Shown here piece after piece: positions 12,378-25,711 of a stretch of 64,000 nucleotides of DNA; positions within the stretch are counted from its first letter, which is position 1, and every line of letters starts with the position of its first letter. The stretch spans positions 649,179 through 713,178 of the forward strand of contig NIVC01000104.1 of assembly GCA_002269645.1 (NCBI GenBank). Reading direction: 5' to 3'. The DNA is from Macrostomum lignano. Lineage: Eukaryota. The notes under the pieces were generated by a model that had not been told where the DNA came from, did no database searches, and worked only from the letters and a program-made list of their open reading frames with translations. Position numbers and translations under genes: made by a program.

Positions 12378-12752
12378 GTGGAAGGCGAAGCCACTCTGGT
12401 TCGCGATCGCCACGTGGTGAACAGCTACTTTCAGAAGATATTTCCATCCGAGCTAAAGTGCTACTTCAGCGCCATAGACAACAATCAAAGCAAAGTAATC
12501 GACAGCGAGTTCAAAGAGAAATTCCAGGACCTTCGCCAGAAGATTTGCCACTACAAAGACTCGATGATTCCGCCGCCGGATTCCATGGTGCTGTTTAAAA
12601 TCGAGCCGAGCTACTTCGAATTCTACGAGAATTCCAACGAAGTTGGCAACGTTCGTTTGGCCTATTCGCGTTTAGTCGAAGGCGCCAAAGTTGACAATCG
12701 GTTCACATTCTGCGCGAATCCAGACTGGTTGATTGAGCAGATTGCTCAGTAG
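12378..12752 (+). CDS. PNPO: PNPO-like protein, terminal exon
   Basis: Acceptor ctctcag|GTG, phase 0 matching the 10782 donor. VEG...YF...QSKVI...PPP...EPSYFEFYE...R...DWLIEQIAQ* parallels PNPO VEG...YF...QSSVI...EFWQ...DWLYERLAP. Confidence 0.75.
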   Translation: MEGEATLVRDRHVVNSYFQKIFPSELKCYFSAIDNNQSKVIDSEFKEKFQDLRQKICHYKDSMIPPPDSMVLFKIEPSYFEFYENSNEVGNVRLAYSRLVEGAKVDNRFTFCANPDWLIEQIAQ

Positions 12753-13469
12753 CGGTGCACCCTCGCGTAAACCCTAGACCGGCATGCATTTTGGAACTCG
12801 CATGATTTTTAAGCGCGACAAACCTCTTTTTGTACTTTTATTTTTTATCAATATTTCTAAATAATTTGATTTGTAAATGAGAGCAATACTCCATCTTCTC
12901 ATTTCTGCAGCATTGACTCGCAACTTTTTTACAAACGAGTAAAAAGAACGCCAAAAAACAGATAACTTCAGGCAAACAGTATGCATAACCTGTACAACCC
13001 AGTCTACCAGAAACCAAAGGTGCAAAATATACGCGTAGTGTCATCCTTTGTCCTGCTCCTAAATTTATAATCCAACGATTCCAAGCTAGCTAATTGTTGA
13101 TTCTGAACACCAATATTTCAAAATGCGAAAATATTAACAGTTGACAGGCGAAGCTACCAAGGAAATTATCAGCCCGTTTAAGATAGTAATTAAACTGATG
13201 AGTAACAACGATTGTAATCAAATGCAATCTTTATTTGGCAAGTTACACTTACTGACTTACACGTAGGAGCAAAACATGCGAACAAAGTATTACTGACTAC
13301 TCGTAATGAAACATTTTAAATCTAGAGTGGAATTCAAAAAGGGAAAAATGACATAATTGTAATGACGTAGTCTACTTCTGCAGTTGAAAAACTCCAAATA
13401 CAGGGGAATATGAGAATAATTTGATTCTTTTTATAACAGAAGTGAAATTATGGATGGTAAATGGGGCGA

Positions 13470-13728
13470 TCCTTTTGGTTGTAAATGGGGCGATTCTATA
13501 GGTGGTAAATGGGGCGATTCTATAGGTGGTAAATGGGGCGATTCTACTAGTGTAGTGACAAATAGGGCGATTCTTTAGGTGGTAAATGGGGCGATTCTAC
13601 TAGTGTAGTGACAAATAGGGCGATTCTATAGGTGGTAAATGGGGCGATTCTGTAGGTGGTAAATGGGGCGATTCTACCAGTGTAGTGACAAATAGGGCGA
13701 TTCTATAGGTGGTAAATGGGGCGATTCT
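13470..13728. repeat. Minisatellite of about 23 bp (ggtggtaaatggggcgattctata)
   Basis: Directly visible tandem units just 3' of the OARD1 stop. Confidence 0.9.
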
Positions 13729-13759
13729 ACGAGTGACAAATGCAGCGGATTCAGGAATG

Positions 13760-14200
13760 TCACAGTGAGTAGACATCAACACACACGTCGGCACCGTCAA
13801 ATACGGCCTCAATGAGTTCGCGGACTCGACGCCAGTCGAGCCTGTCCAAGCCGCAGCCGAGGCGCGGCACCGCCAGACGTTTGACGCCTTGGTCTAAGCA
13901 GATCTGACGCAGCCGCTGCAGGCACTGTGTCAAACTGTCGTACGTCGGCTTCTCCCAATAGCGCTGTTTTGTTACTAGGCAGGCCAGCAAGCGGCCGTCA
14001 CTCAGACGCAGGTGCGCCACCTCGCCAATGCCGCAGGTCTGCCGACGGAATTCGTCGATCCGACCGAATCGCGATCGAAATTCGGCGGCGATGCCGCGGC
14101 CCATTCGCAGGTCGGCGCTGACGCAGTGCGCCATACTGGCCGGCGGGTCGGACGACTCCGAGCCAGCGAATAAGTCGCCTTTCAATTCTGTTAGACGCAT
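13760..14200 (-). CDS. OARD1: TARG1/OARD1-like macrodomain ADP-ribose glycohydrolase, single-exon CDS
   Basis: KGDLF, AHCVSADLRMGRGIA, LVTK, KPTY, PRLGCGLD motifs are typical of the TARG1/C6orf130 family; 146 aa with ATG and stop. Confidence 0.92.
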   Translation of the reverse strand: MRLTELKGDLFAGSESSDPPASMAHCVSADLRMGRGIAAEFRSRFGRIDEFRRQTCGIGEVAHLRLSDGRLLACLVTKQRYWEKPTYDSLTQCLQRLRQICLDQGVKRLAVPRLGCGLDRLDWRRVRELIEAVFDGADVCVDVYSL

Positions 14201-14984
14201 CTTTTGTTAATTTGGTTGTTAAGTTCTTATTACACAACTGTTGGCTGTCTTAGTAAGTAGAAGAATAGAGATGTGCTGGAAAAACCATGTTAATCATACT
14301 AATTATTATATTCATCATATTATTAATAATAATCATAATAATAATTATCATATTAATAATAATTCATATTAATCTGCAGCAATTAGCAGTGCGATCTGAA
14401 AGCCAGATGCATCAGTGAGGCAGACAATTTTAGTTTCACTAATTAAAAAACGCTCGTAACAACAAGTTTTTTAATGTAATTTAAAATATTTAACTGTTGT
14501 TACTTGTTTATTCATTTATTTGTACTTTTCAAAACTACTTCAAGTACGATCGATTTGCCGGAAGTGAAAAATGCAACAGATATGCAGGGCTAGCTAAAAT
14601 AGAAATAGACAGACACTCTCATTGAAATCTTTAAGTTACCGCGATAGTCTTAAAGAATCTAATAAAGTACAGAGCTAAAACATTACTTAACACATAATTA
14701 GTATTACTAAACTCAAAAAGTAAAAAATCGCAACAAACATGGAAGACTTGATTAACGAATGAAACATCAAGATAATTAGCAAGTATATAAAACTTTTCAG
14801 TTAAGATGAAATTTAAATAAACCTATTTACTACGAGATCAATCGAAGCAGGCTAAAAACAGAGCTATTGACAACTAAAACAAAATGCACCTAAAATGAAC
14901 AGAAAGTGCAGAAAAAATTTTTTTTTGATCAAAATAGAAATACGCATAGCATGAACAATGGCGAGCTTTGGTACACATAGTGGG

Positions 14985-15460
14985 ATCAGACAGGGCGTCA
15001 GTACACACAGTGGGATCAGACAGGGCGTCAGTACACACAGTGGGATCAGACAGGGCGTCAGTACACACAGTGGGATCAGACAGGGCGTCAGTACACACAG
15101 TGGGATCAGACAGGGCGTCAGTACACACAGTGGGATCAGACAGTACACACAGTGGGATCAGACAGTACACACAGTGGGATCAGACAGTACCCACAGTGGG
15201 ATCAGACAGTACACAGTGGGATCAGACAGTACACACAGTGGGATCAGACAGTACCCACAGTGGGATCAGACAGTACCCACAGTGGGATCAGACAGTACCC
15301 ACAGTGGGATCAGACAGTACCCACAGTGGGATCAGACAGTACACACAGTGGGATCAGACAGTACCCACAGTGGGATCACAGTACCCACAGTGGGATCAGA
15401 CAGTACCCACAGTGGGATCAGACAGTACACACAGTGGGATCAGACAGGGCGTCAGTACCC
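14985..15460. repeat. Minisatellite of 22-30 bp (cagtacacacagtgggatcaga +/- cagggcgt)
   Basis: About 20 tandem units visible. Confidence 0.95.
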
Positions 15461-15567
15461 GAAGAGATCAGATAGAGTGCAAAATTCTCTGGACAAAGTA
15501 GCCTCACTCTAAGCCCATCAAGGTAGGGCTTGCAACGAAACAATGAAATCAAAACGCAATCAAAGCA

Positions 15568-16905
15568 TCAATCAGCCTTTAATTGCTTCTCCTTAGCCGA
15601 CAAACTGATTCTTTGAAGCACTATCGCGTGTCCAACTGTTGTTACCAGAACCCAAAACTCAAGAGCAGCCACAGAAGCCGGCCAGCCAAATTTAGAGGCC
15701 GCCAAGCCCAACGGATAGCCGCTAACCATGGCGCCAACATTGGCAAAGAGCGCGCAGAATGCGTGACTAGTAAATGCTAGCCTGGTTGGCGCACTCTCTG
15801 TCGCAATCACGCCGTAGACGGCCACGGGACCGAATAGGCAAACGCCGAGACAGAAGCCAAGCGCTTGGTAGGCGACAACTGGCCAATCAGGATTTGACAG
15901 AGAGACAATCGTATGAAGGAATGCTACGCACAGCAGATTGAAACAGCATATGACTAACAGACGAGGCTGGTTGAATTGCCAACGTCTCGGAGAGGAGGAC
16001 GCTGAGGAGGAAGATGCGGCGGCAAACGCGGCATCTGCAAGCAACCCGGCTGTCAGAGAACCAACAATGCCTCCAGCCTGCAGGCAGCTGGTAAATGCTG
16101 CTCCATCGGTCGGCGTTAGATTACGCGATTCCGATAAAAACACTGGCAACCAATCGACTGAGTAGCGACAGGCGTTCACCGACATGTAGCCAAGACTGCA
16201 GGACAGGCACACTGGATCTGTTAACAGCTGCAGCCAATCGGTTAACCAGCTGGATTTTGGCTTGGATTTGCCATCGTCTGGCTGCTCTGGTTTAGTCTGG
16301 CTGGACAGCTGAACAACCGACGGCTCCGACGCAATCAACAGTACAAACGGCAGACAGAAGGCTAAGCAACAGACCGACGGCAACTGGACGCTGGCTCGCC
16401 AAGAATAATCGATGCTTAGTTGAACGCTCAGAGGTGCGCCTACAATGCCGCAGGCGTTCATAGCTGTGGATAGCACGGCCCAAGCTGTGCCAAATGCAAA
16501 TGGGGCAACCCAAGCCTTGGCAATTTTTACCGTGCTAGGCCAGGCCACACCAATAACAATGCCGCTAGCGATCATTAAAACGCAGCGCAGCGCTAGCGAT
16601 TCTGTTGCTGCCAAAGTTAGGCCTACAATACCACTGAGACCGAATGCGCCAGACAATAGGGCCTTGGGACTGACCCGGTCTACTACTAATCCAGCGATAA
16701 ACTTGCTCACAGTGTATCCAGCCTGCTGCCAGCTCAATAGCAGGCCCAGCTCCGATTGGCTCATATCGCCAGCTGACAATACAAATGGTATGACAAATGT
16801 CAGCGCTTTTCTAGCCCAGAATAGTAGGAAATAGCCAAGGAACAGGGCGGCAACCATTAGTATTTGAATTCGGGGCAATGGCGGTGGTGCTGGTGACTTG
16901 GTCAT
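15568..16905 (-). CDS. SLC37A4: MFS organophosphate:Pi antiporter, SLC37A4 (G6P translocase)-like
   Basis: Many hydrophobic TM segments. RKxxTFVIP, YTVSKF.AG..VD, WP..VK, FGTAWAVLSTAMN, TSHA...ANVG match SLC37A4. Likely start MTKS at 16905 (ORF extends to 16989). Confidence 0.88.
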   Translation of the reverse strand: MTKSPAPPPLPRIQILMVAALFLGYFLLFWARKALTFVIPFVLSAGDMSQSELGLLLSWQQAGYTVSKFIAGLVVDRVSPKALLSGAFGLSGIVGLTLAATESLALRCVLMIASGIVIGVAWPSTVKIAKAWVAPFAFGTAWAVLSTAMNACGIVGAPLSVQLSIDYSWRASVQLPSVCCLAFCLPFVLLIASEPSVVQLSSQTKPEQPDDGKSKPKSSWLTDWLQLLTDPVCLSCSLGYMSVNACRYSVDWLPVFLSESRNLTPTDGAAFTSCLQAGGIVGSLTAGLLADAAFAAASSSSASSSPRRWQFNQPRLLVICCFNLLCVAFLHTIVSLSNPDWPVVAYQALGFCLGVCLFGPVAVYGVIATESAPTRLAFTSHAFCALFANVGAMVSGYPLGLAASKFGWPASVAALEFWVLVTTVGHAIVLQRISLSAKEKQLKAD

Positions 16906-19900
16906 CTTTTGCTTTGAGCAGAAAATCAGTTTCGTCTGAAATTGTAGAGATATTTTTTTCATATACATGTAAAAGATGCAAAACAGCATTATTGTGCTAA
17001 TTTTGTACTACAAGTGTGCCTGTCACCTCCTTGATCCATCGAATTATCATTGCATCTATTGATCCTTAATTCTATCTTCTAAAACATAAACCCAATGTCT
17101 AGTGATTTGGCAATATTGTGAATTCAACAAAATTTTGTTAAAAATTATTTTTTTAACTCAGGTATCTTTGCAAATGGCTATCACATTAGTATGCCAAGGC
17201 TCAAGCATTCATAGCAAAGGATGACATGACTAGCTTTGTATGGTATATTAAAATACCTATCTATACAATTAGACTATGTCAGTAAACTTTTTAGTTAAAG
17301 GGGCCAGATAAGAAATCTAGATCATTGCTGCAGGCCAAATAAGAGTGGAAAGAAGATGGAGTATAAGAGAAAAATCTATACTTTTGGCAGGTACATACAG
17401 TCTTGAAAATTTAAAATGGAAAAATAAATAAAAAATAAAATAAATTCGAAAAAAAATTCTAACTTGACAGGGAATGCACACCCTGTATGCCTCCCCCTAA
17501 ATCTGCCACCGTGAAGTGAAACAAAAGCACCATTAGCAAGAGGATGGGAGAAATCAACCAAAACACACATGATATATGAACAAGCATCTAGCCTTGGCAG
17601 AGACTCTCAGATGCACAAGCTCTACATGCCCAAAAATAGCCCTGATGATTGGCAAGTGAGAAGCCCAGCCATGTAACCCTCAAGTGATGCGTGAATCTCC
17701 TTTGGCTAATGGCTCCTATTGGGCCTCCCCGTTATACTTTCTTCCCCTATTCCTCCTTGCTTATATACATTGTGTTGGCTTATAAAATATATTGATTGAA
17801 GAGGAAAGATCCTCACTAGAAGTTTGAAAATGTGAGTCTAGAGATCATATAGAGAAAATACCATCAAGTCCATAGTTTGTTGTCTTTCTGAACTGTTGGC
17901 AAAAAGAAATGTTTATGGGCAATGGCGTAGGCAAGGATGTATCCCCCTGTACAGGGGGGGGGGGAGAAAGGGGAGGCTGCCCCCCTCAAATAGCTTGACA
18001 GAACATATTGCACCCCCTAAAAACCTAAGTTTGCACCCCCCCAAGATTGATTTTTTGCCCCCCTACAAGCATTTTTTGCAACCCTAGCTTAAAAATTGAT
18101 ACTTTTTATACTCCTGTTGGCGCCCCAAACTTGGACCAACCCCCCCCCCCTCTAAAATGAAACTCTAGATCTGCCATTGCTAGTCGGTATTCGATTTATG
18201 GTGCTTCATTTCCTGTGAACTGCCTCTGAAGTAGTAGCAGCTACTCATAGTCATATCCTTGCATCCCCTTGTGAGAAATTCCTGGCTATGCCCCTGTTTA
18301 TAGGGAAACCCCATAAAAGTGTTTCAATTGACTTGGTAGTGTTAATTATATATAGATGGCAAAAGTAACATACGTATAGAAATATTGCTATTGAATAATG
18401 ATAATAGTTGATTACACTTGCCCTAATACGTAGATGTACAACTAACAACTTAGCTGCAGTTTGAGTCACATGATTACTATTCTGTCCAATAGCAATTTAT
18501 ATGTGTATGTTGCCAATAGAAATGGCCAGGTGAATCCCTAGGTTATATCCAAGAATGGCTAAATAATAAACTAATAGGTTTCAATCCCAATTATATACTT
18601 ATATACTATTGATTGATATAACTTAGCTGCAGGGCAGTCTGAAGAGATTGGTATAACTTTGATTTCCCACTAAATTATTTTCTAGATATTTTGGCATTGT
18701 TATTATTTTCGCATTCTAGATTATTTTCTAGTATTTCTAGAACATTAATTTAGTAACCTGCTTTACTTTCCTGCTTTAGAATACTACATTATGTCTATGT
18801 GACTCATTTACTTTTTACTGTGACTTCGACTTTTTACCTTTATATTTTATAGACTAAATGTTAAATGTTGAAAATTTATAAAATAATTTAGAGTAAGAAA
18901 CTGAAGTTATGCAGTAAGTACTAGCATATTTAAACAGATTTTTAACATTGATCAATAAGTCATGATTGATACATACAATGATAATAGGAATAATTAACAT
19001 TATAATTCCTTAAAACTCAATTTTAATCCAACCTGACCAGAGCCCCAGAGTGGCTTGAACTGACCTTGACCTTCAGACCTTATAATTACAGAATCACAAT
19101 ATAGTTCTCCAAAATCAAAGAAAAAATAACTACAAGCAAATCATAAAAGGAAAATTTAACTTATTAATTTTTATTTATGCCACAGGCAAAGGTCTTGAGG
19201 ATTTCAAGAGGGCCACCCAGCTAAGACCATAAAAGCCTCATGGATTCAAAGTCAGCATAAGTTTTAGTTACTTCAAGTTTAATTTTAGTTAGGGCCTAGA
19301 TTTCTTACCAAAATTTTACTGGACTACATGAACACTATGCGATTTTATACTGTCTTTATTGTATCTATCAGTAGCTACTAAACTCTCGGTATATGCTTTG
19401 TTAAAAACTCTTAACAATAGATAAATAATCAGCGGTCAAGTTCGATGTGTCCCCGTCATGTGACGACGATTACCGGCACTCGCCATAGACCATTTGTTGT
19501 CACGTGCTGCGACCGCAGATTCTTTTCATTGTTTTTCTGTTTGACGATATTATAATGTATTGTTCTGCAAAAAAATGTGCGAACAACGATCGTCAAATTG
19601 CTAAACAATGAATTTCGAAAGCATGTTCATAGAATTCAATCCATTCAAAATGCTGCGTTAAACTTTGCAGTAACCAAACACTAAAATAAAGTTTAGAAGC
19701 CAACAAAAAAAACTTTTTTAGATAAAATTTTACAGAATTTTGTTCTAACAACAAATTCTTTTTGTATTGTGTTAAATAGTTTGTTATTATTGCATTTAGA
19801 CAAATTTGACTGTGAGGTTTATTATCAGCTGATTCAATATTAAGCCGGTCAGTTAACTCAGTAGTTGTATATTTTACTTTTACCCTTTTTACTCTGTAAC

Positions 19901-20333
19901 TCCAAGCCAGGGCATTCAAAATAGCAAAACTTTGCTTACAAAAATAACTAACTATATCTAATTGTTAAGCTGATCATGTTGACTGCACCTAGCTAGAGCC
20001 TAGCTAGAGGATAGATTTTAAATTCACAACATTTAGGGTTAAAACGTTGTGGATTTCGTCTCTTTGGTCTACAAACTGACTTCTCATCGTTATAAGTTTG
20101 CTTATAAATTTTAAATGCTAGGTTCATCGAGGACTGACTACTATTTTACATAAAATTAGACTAAATAGGCCTATTAGGCTATATAAGCAAAGCCTATAAT
20201 CAATTCAAGCCTGCTCATCTTGGCTCTAACTTTCAAGGAAAGTGACGAAAGTCCTCTTAGGCCTAGTCTTCCTAATTAGGCTTACGAAAATATTTCATCT
20301 CATTTCCTGTGCTCTTATCTATAGGCCTAATAA

Positions 20334-20440
20334 ATGAACTATCCATTTTATATTGTCAATACTAATTCAAATGAAGATAAAAGGAGATTCACTGCCATTT
20401 GTAAAATTCTTGCCAGGAGAGGCTATAAGCAGGAAGAAAT
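20334..20440 (+). CDS. UBASH3: UBASH3/Sts-like protein, exon 1 (start of UBA domain)
   Basis: ATG 20334, donor AT|gtaagt. Phase 2 joins 23712 to give ILARRGYKQEEINQAVAAT...AAAWL, a UBA consensus. Confidence 0.7.
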
Positions 20441-21221
20441 GTAAGTCATTCTCTTTAAATTATTTTTTAGTGGACCTAGCTCTACATAAAGTTTTAGTAA
20501 ATTAATCTTAGTAAATAATTTAGTAAATAAATTTAGTAAATTAAGTAATTTAATCATAATTAAGTTTAGCAATAAATAGTTATATAATTATTATCTTAAG
20601 TATCCTATTGCCATATAATGGTTAAATTTTCACATTTAAAAATATTATAATTTGTTTCAACTTTGTGAAAAATTTTAAAGCAAAGAAAATTAAGCAAAGC
20701 TTGCATAAATAAAAATTTAAATTTTAAAAAAATTAATGAAGAAAAAGGTATATTTTTCAATTGTAAGTTGGACAGTTAGTTGGTGTTGCTATTTAGATCA
20801 GAGATTCTAATATTACATGGCAAAATCTAAAAACCGGGGACAAGTTTTATGAAAATTCATTTTTGGCAATTTGAAAGCAATAAAGCTATAAAATAAATTT
20901 ATTTAGGTTTTTAAAAGGTAAAACAGTCTATAAAAGCACAAATTATTTATGTATAGCTTTATTTTTAATAAAATGGTTTGTTAAAATGGTAAGTTTAATT
21001 ACGACCTAAAATGACTCTAATGAAAATGATAGATAAGCTATAATAATGTATTTTATTAACTTAACTATCTTATAATGTTACACTCTATAATTCTACAACA
21101 TATTTAACATTATTTTTAAGGGTTTATTTGTTAATCACTTTCGTTACTCTTGACAACATGTATTTTGTAGAGTTTGTTTGCAATAAATTGTATTCAACAT
21201 AAGTTTATTATTTAAACATAC

Positions 21222-21570
21222 AAATTCCCGTAAGGATTGGAAAATTGCATTTTACTCAGCTTCTACTAAAGCAATTTGGAAAATTCTTTTCCTGCATACA
21301 CGCTGCGATAATACATGTTTTAGTGTAATTTCATTGTTCTTCGTTGCTTAATGAGCATATAGTAAGCATCTGATTTGGAAGCCGGGTAACACATTGGAAT
21401 TCCCATAAGGATTGGAAAATTGCATTTTACTCAGCTTCTACTAAAGCAATTTGGAAAATTCTTTTTTCCTGCATACACGCCGCGATGATACATGTTTTAG
21501 TGTAATTTCATTGCTTTTCGTCGCTTAATGAGCATACAGTAAGCATCTGATTTGGATGCTGGGTTCACAT
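21222..21570. repeat. Tandem duplication of about 176 bp
   Basis: aattccc(g/a)taaggattggaaaattgcatttt...gcatctgatttgga occurs twice in succession with few mismatches. Confidence 0.85.
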
Positions 21571-23711
21571 TTTGTGGTACCATTTTTTTACCCAAAATTT
21601 TTAAGTCTAAATATAGGCATATTATAAATACTAATACTATGCAAGTTGATATTTAAATGAAAGAAAACAACTTAAAGATTATTTTGCAACAAGGAATTAG
21701 CGATATATTTACTTTTAGAGAAAGATTTTTGCTGGCAAACTTTGCACTTTATATTAGTATGAATTTTCGCGAGTTTATATGGTTTTAGAAAAACTTAAAA
21801 ATCCTTAGAAATACTTCATCTTTTTGAATAGAATAAAAAGTAAAACACAGATTACTTTCTGTTTTGTAAGTAGTAAAAAATTAGCCTTCTCTAAGGCCTA
21901 TAAGCCTTAAAATTAATTGTTTAATAATGAAAAAAGTGAAACAAAAAATTGCAAATTGGTCAACTTGGACTTTTAAAATGCTTTTTTGTGGTTTTTTCTT
22001 ATTTATTCAACGATATAAAGCATGAAAACAATAGTTTTTATCCAGAACTATTTTAAAGACCTATCTATCTTTCAAAAACCTTTTTTAGATACATTACTTT
22101 CCATTGAATGTCTGCAGATTTGTTTTACCATATTATCCCATATTTATGGATTTCGCCACATGGTGTATAATATTTGGTCAATTACAGGATGTCTTGGTGC
22201 ATATATCTGACTTATTTGGAAGTTAACATAGATTTTTAAACAAGTTAAACACACAGGTACATACGTTTTTTTCATTCTTTCTTTAAAGTTTGTTTGCACA
22301 TTCTTTTAGAGCATATCAAATATAATATATACTATTATTCTCACTTGTTACCAAAGTGGCTATTATCAAAATGGACTGTTAACAATTTTGTCTGCATTGC
22401 CTCCCCAATGCCTAGGTTGTACTTTATTCATCAAGAGCATAGACTAAGAAATCTAACCAAGAAAGACATGTAGAACAATGGATTTTTTGCCAAAAAAGCT
22501 TGCAAACTTTTGGATTTTAATATAACAATGGTAATATTAGTACTAATATAAATTCTCTAAAGCTCCTTTAAGGTAAAAAAAATTGTGTGCAAATGCATTT
22601 AATTTTTTTTACCTTCTATATAGAACATATTATTTGTTTTTGGAATGAATTTCATCTTGGCCCAATACTTAGTAAGACTTTATAAAGGACTTGCCTAATC
22701 AAAACATGTGGATAGCAACTGCATATCCAATGCTTATTTTTCTTATAGATATTTAGTTTTATATATGTGCAAGGCTATTATCAATGAGCTATTAATTCAT
22801 AAATATGCAGTGTCACTTTGTCTCCTAAATCTCTTTATTAAGACTATGTGGTACTAAACATTGGGAGAAGGGGGGCAATGCAGACAAAATCTTAACTTGG
22901 ACAACTGCTCTATTTATTTGAGTCACTTTGCACTAGTGATGAGTAGCAATCAAGGAGCATTAACTGAGATTATTGGTCTCTAGCTAATGCATTGTGGATG
23001 ATGCCATGCTATTCTTATATGTTAGTTGCTAAATCAATCACCTTAGATTCCATTAAATCTTTCTTGAATAGAATTCAGTAGATATATATGATTAAAAAAC
23101 TATATATCATCAAAAATAAATAAAAGTTACAAAGTTTTTCATATGCGTACATTATTTATTTTATTTGAATTGTATTTTTTATTTATATTTAACTTTATTA
23201 CTATTTATTTATAACTAGACAATTATATATATATGCTCATATAATGCAGACATTTTTTAATAGATGTAAAATAAAAAGGATAAATATTAATATAGACATA
23301 AAAACAGAGTAAAAGCAAAATTGACAATATTAAAACTTTTTTTTCAATAAAAATGTATTAAAAATTGCATTGAAAGGAAAAACTAAAAACCTAGGTAAAA
23401 CATGTATACAATATGCAAATATGTACAAAAATAATAAATCAAATCACTCAAAAAACATAGTTTTAGCAATTGACTTTAATTTGACTTGTCTAATTATAGC
23501 CAGGTTTTATATTCATAACCTGTTTCATGTATAGTACAAGGTGTATTTCATGTATGTATAGTTCTACTGATTTGCTTCTTTAAGTATCAATTGTTGTTTG
23601 TTATACTTATCATTACAAGTTTTAGGTCAACAAAAGTCAATCAATCTGTTGATAACTAGACTTCCTGTGTGAAGAAAAGTTTCTAATAAATTCCCATCAA
23701 AATCCCCTTAG

Positions 23712-24225
23712 CAACCAGGCGGTGGCGGCGACAGCCCTGGCTGGTGATCGGGTCGCGGCAGCCTGGCTATGCAATCACTCCAACGATCCCAGCCTTGGCG
23801 GCGCCAGTCCCAGAGAGTTCTACCTGCACCTGTGCCCAGTCGGCTCTGTCGAATCCAGCTTCCAGGAATTCTGGTCTCGCTACCGCGCGGCCAGAGGCTG
23901 GTGCGCCTCCATGGACTTCATGCCGCACGCTACCATAGTCGAGCCATTTGAAGTGTCTCCAAGCAGCTACCTGGACCTGCTGAGAGCCTACAACACGGCA
24001 GCTCGACTATTTTCTAATCGTCGCTTAGTTAAACGGCTCCGCTTGGTGCCCAGCAACTTCAACGACAATCATTTGCGCTTCGTCATCGAGGCTGATCAGG
24101 CGCTGCTGGATTTGGCTGGAGTTTTTCTCAGCGCCTGCGAACGGGTTGGCATTCGTGTGACCGCCCGACAGCCGCCGCATCTGCTCAGCCTCTGCTGCGA
24201 CTTTCAACAGGCCCAATATCTGCAG
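23712..24225 (+). CDS. UBASH3: UBASH3/Sts-like protein, exon 2 (UBA end + 2H phosphoesterase domain)
   Basis: WL..H..DP.L....PREF.L.L.P.G, FW, PHAT motifs; donor CAG|gtgaga. Confidence 0.85.
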
Positions 24226-24234
24226 GTGAGACTG

Positions 24235-24650
24235 TCTCCTGATCACCTGAGTCTTGAGAGCATCAGGTTCCTGTCTGTAGATCACCTGAGTCTAGAGATA
24301 ATCAGGTTTCTGTCTGTAGATCACCTGAGTCTAGAGATAATCAGGTTTCTGTCTGTAGATCACCTGAGTCTAGAGATAATCAGGTTTCTGTCTGTAGATC
24401 ACCTGAGTCTAGAGATGATCATCAGGTTTCTGTCAGTAGATCACCTGAGTCTAGAGATGATCATCAGGTTTCTGTCTGTAGATCACCTGAGTCTAGAGAT
24501 GATCATCAGGTTTCTGTCTGTAGATCACCTGAGTCTAGAGATGATCATCAGGTTTCTATCTATAGATCGCCTGAGTCTAGAGATGACCAGGTTTCTGTCT
24601 GTAGATCATTATGCTTCTGTCTATAGATCTCCGAGTGTAGATCACCTAGG
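24235..24650. repeat. 39-42 bp intronic minisatellite
   Basis: tctgtctgtagatcacctgagtctagagat(a/gatc)atcagg, about 10 copies right after the donor. Confidence 0.9.
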
Positions 24651-25711
24651 AATCTGTGATTCCGAAAGGCTGCTGATTCCACGCAGTCTATAGAATCTTC
24701 TAGAGATGACTGACTGACTAATAGATCTTAACACTGGTGCACCCTGGCGCACTTGAAGCGACATTGTCGCACAAACGACGAGAGGCATTGCCTGCCCATT
24801 CCGCCGACTCCCCTGAGCAGGCACACAAGCGGGCGGATACGTACGCAGTCATACGCACAGGCACACACTCACACAGGAGTGCACAGCGGCCCTAACTGTA
24901 TTTATCGTTAGGCATGTACACTTCACTGTGCCCGGGGGGTTGGCCCTCAAGGGTGTTAATTGCACGAGCAGAGCCTATCCGAGATTCCAATTCAGCCCCA
25001 AGTTAAAGTGACTGCACGTGGAATCGAGCCTGGGCCGCTGGCACATCAGATCGCCGAGCTAAACCTCTGGTCTAGTACCATTAATTATACAATTATTATT
25101 GATTGTCAATAACTACCAGATGTGTAAAAATTGAAGTGAATTTCATCTAGCTTCAAAGTAATGACGCACAATACACAGACAGTTTCTCTTTGTTCTGCAC
25201 TGTGCTGTCATAATAACTACTTCAATTGTGTGGTTTGTTTCATATTAATTGATAAAAAACAACCCAGATAAGGTTGCTTGACAACAACTCTCAAGACAAG
25301 CAGGTGACTATTGTCAATTGGATTCCAAGCCCTGGGATGCCAAGTAGGCTAAATTGGAAAGAAATGAATTCTGCTTTAAATGAAAAATATCCCATGGTTT
25401 GTGTTATAAAATTATAAAAGTTTCCAACAACTATGCTTGAACTTTTTATCTGGTTTGCAGTATAGTTATATTGTATAGAAGAACGTATTGAAACACCTGA
25501 CTAAATGTTAATATTTGACAAGTCTAATCTGGGCTAGTTCTTTAGCTAAGTCAATTGTGTAGTTTCATATTTCTGCTTATATTTGCTTTATTGAATCATT
25601 TACATAGTGCTGAACTTTGTAATGCAATAGAACTAGACTGCAAGTAGTGAGAAGTCTGTTCTTTAGTCGGAGAGACTTATTGAACATTGAGGTCTATTGT
25701 GTGTTATATAG

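Noticed and set aside
14864-15512. Several overlapping ORFs on both strands
   Set aside because: Stop-free frames of a minisatellite.
17920-18179. caatggc...gccattg-bounded MITE-like segment
   Set aside because: Only 7-bp terminal match and no TSD; probably an old repeat, not callable.
24226-24693. 3' extension of the 323-aa ORF (FLSVDHLSLEII repeats)
   Set aside because: It lies beyond a strong donor and is an intronic minisatellite; homology resumes at 26575.
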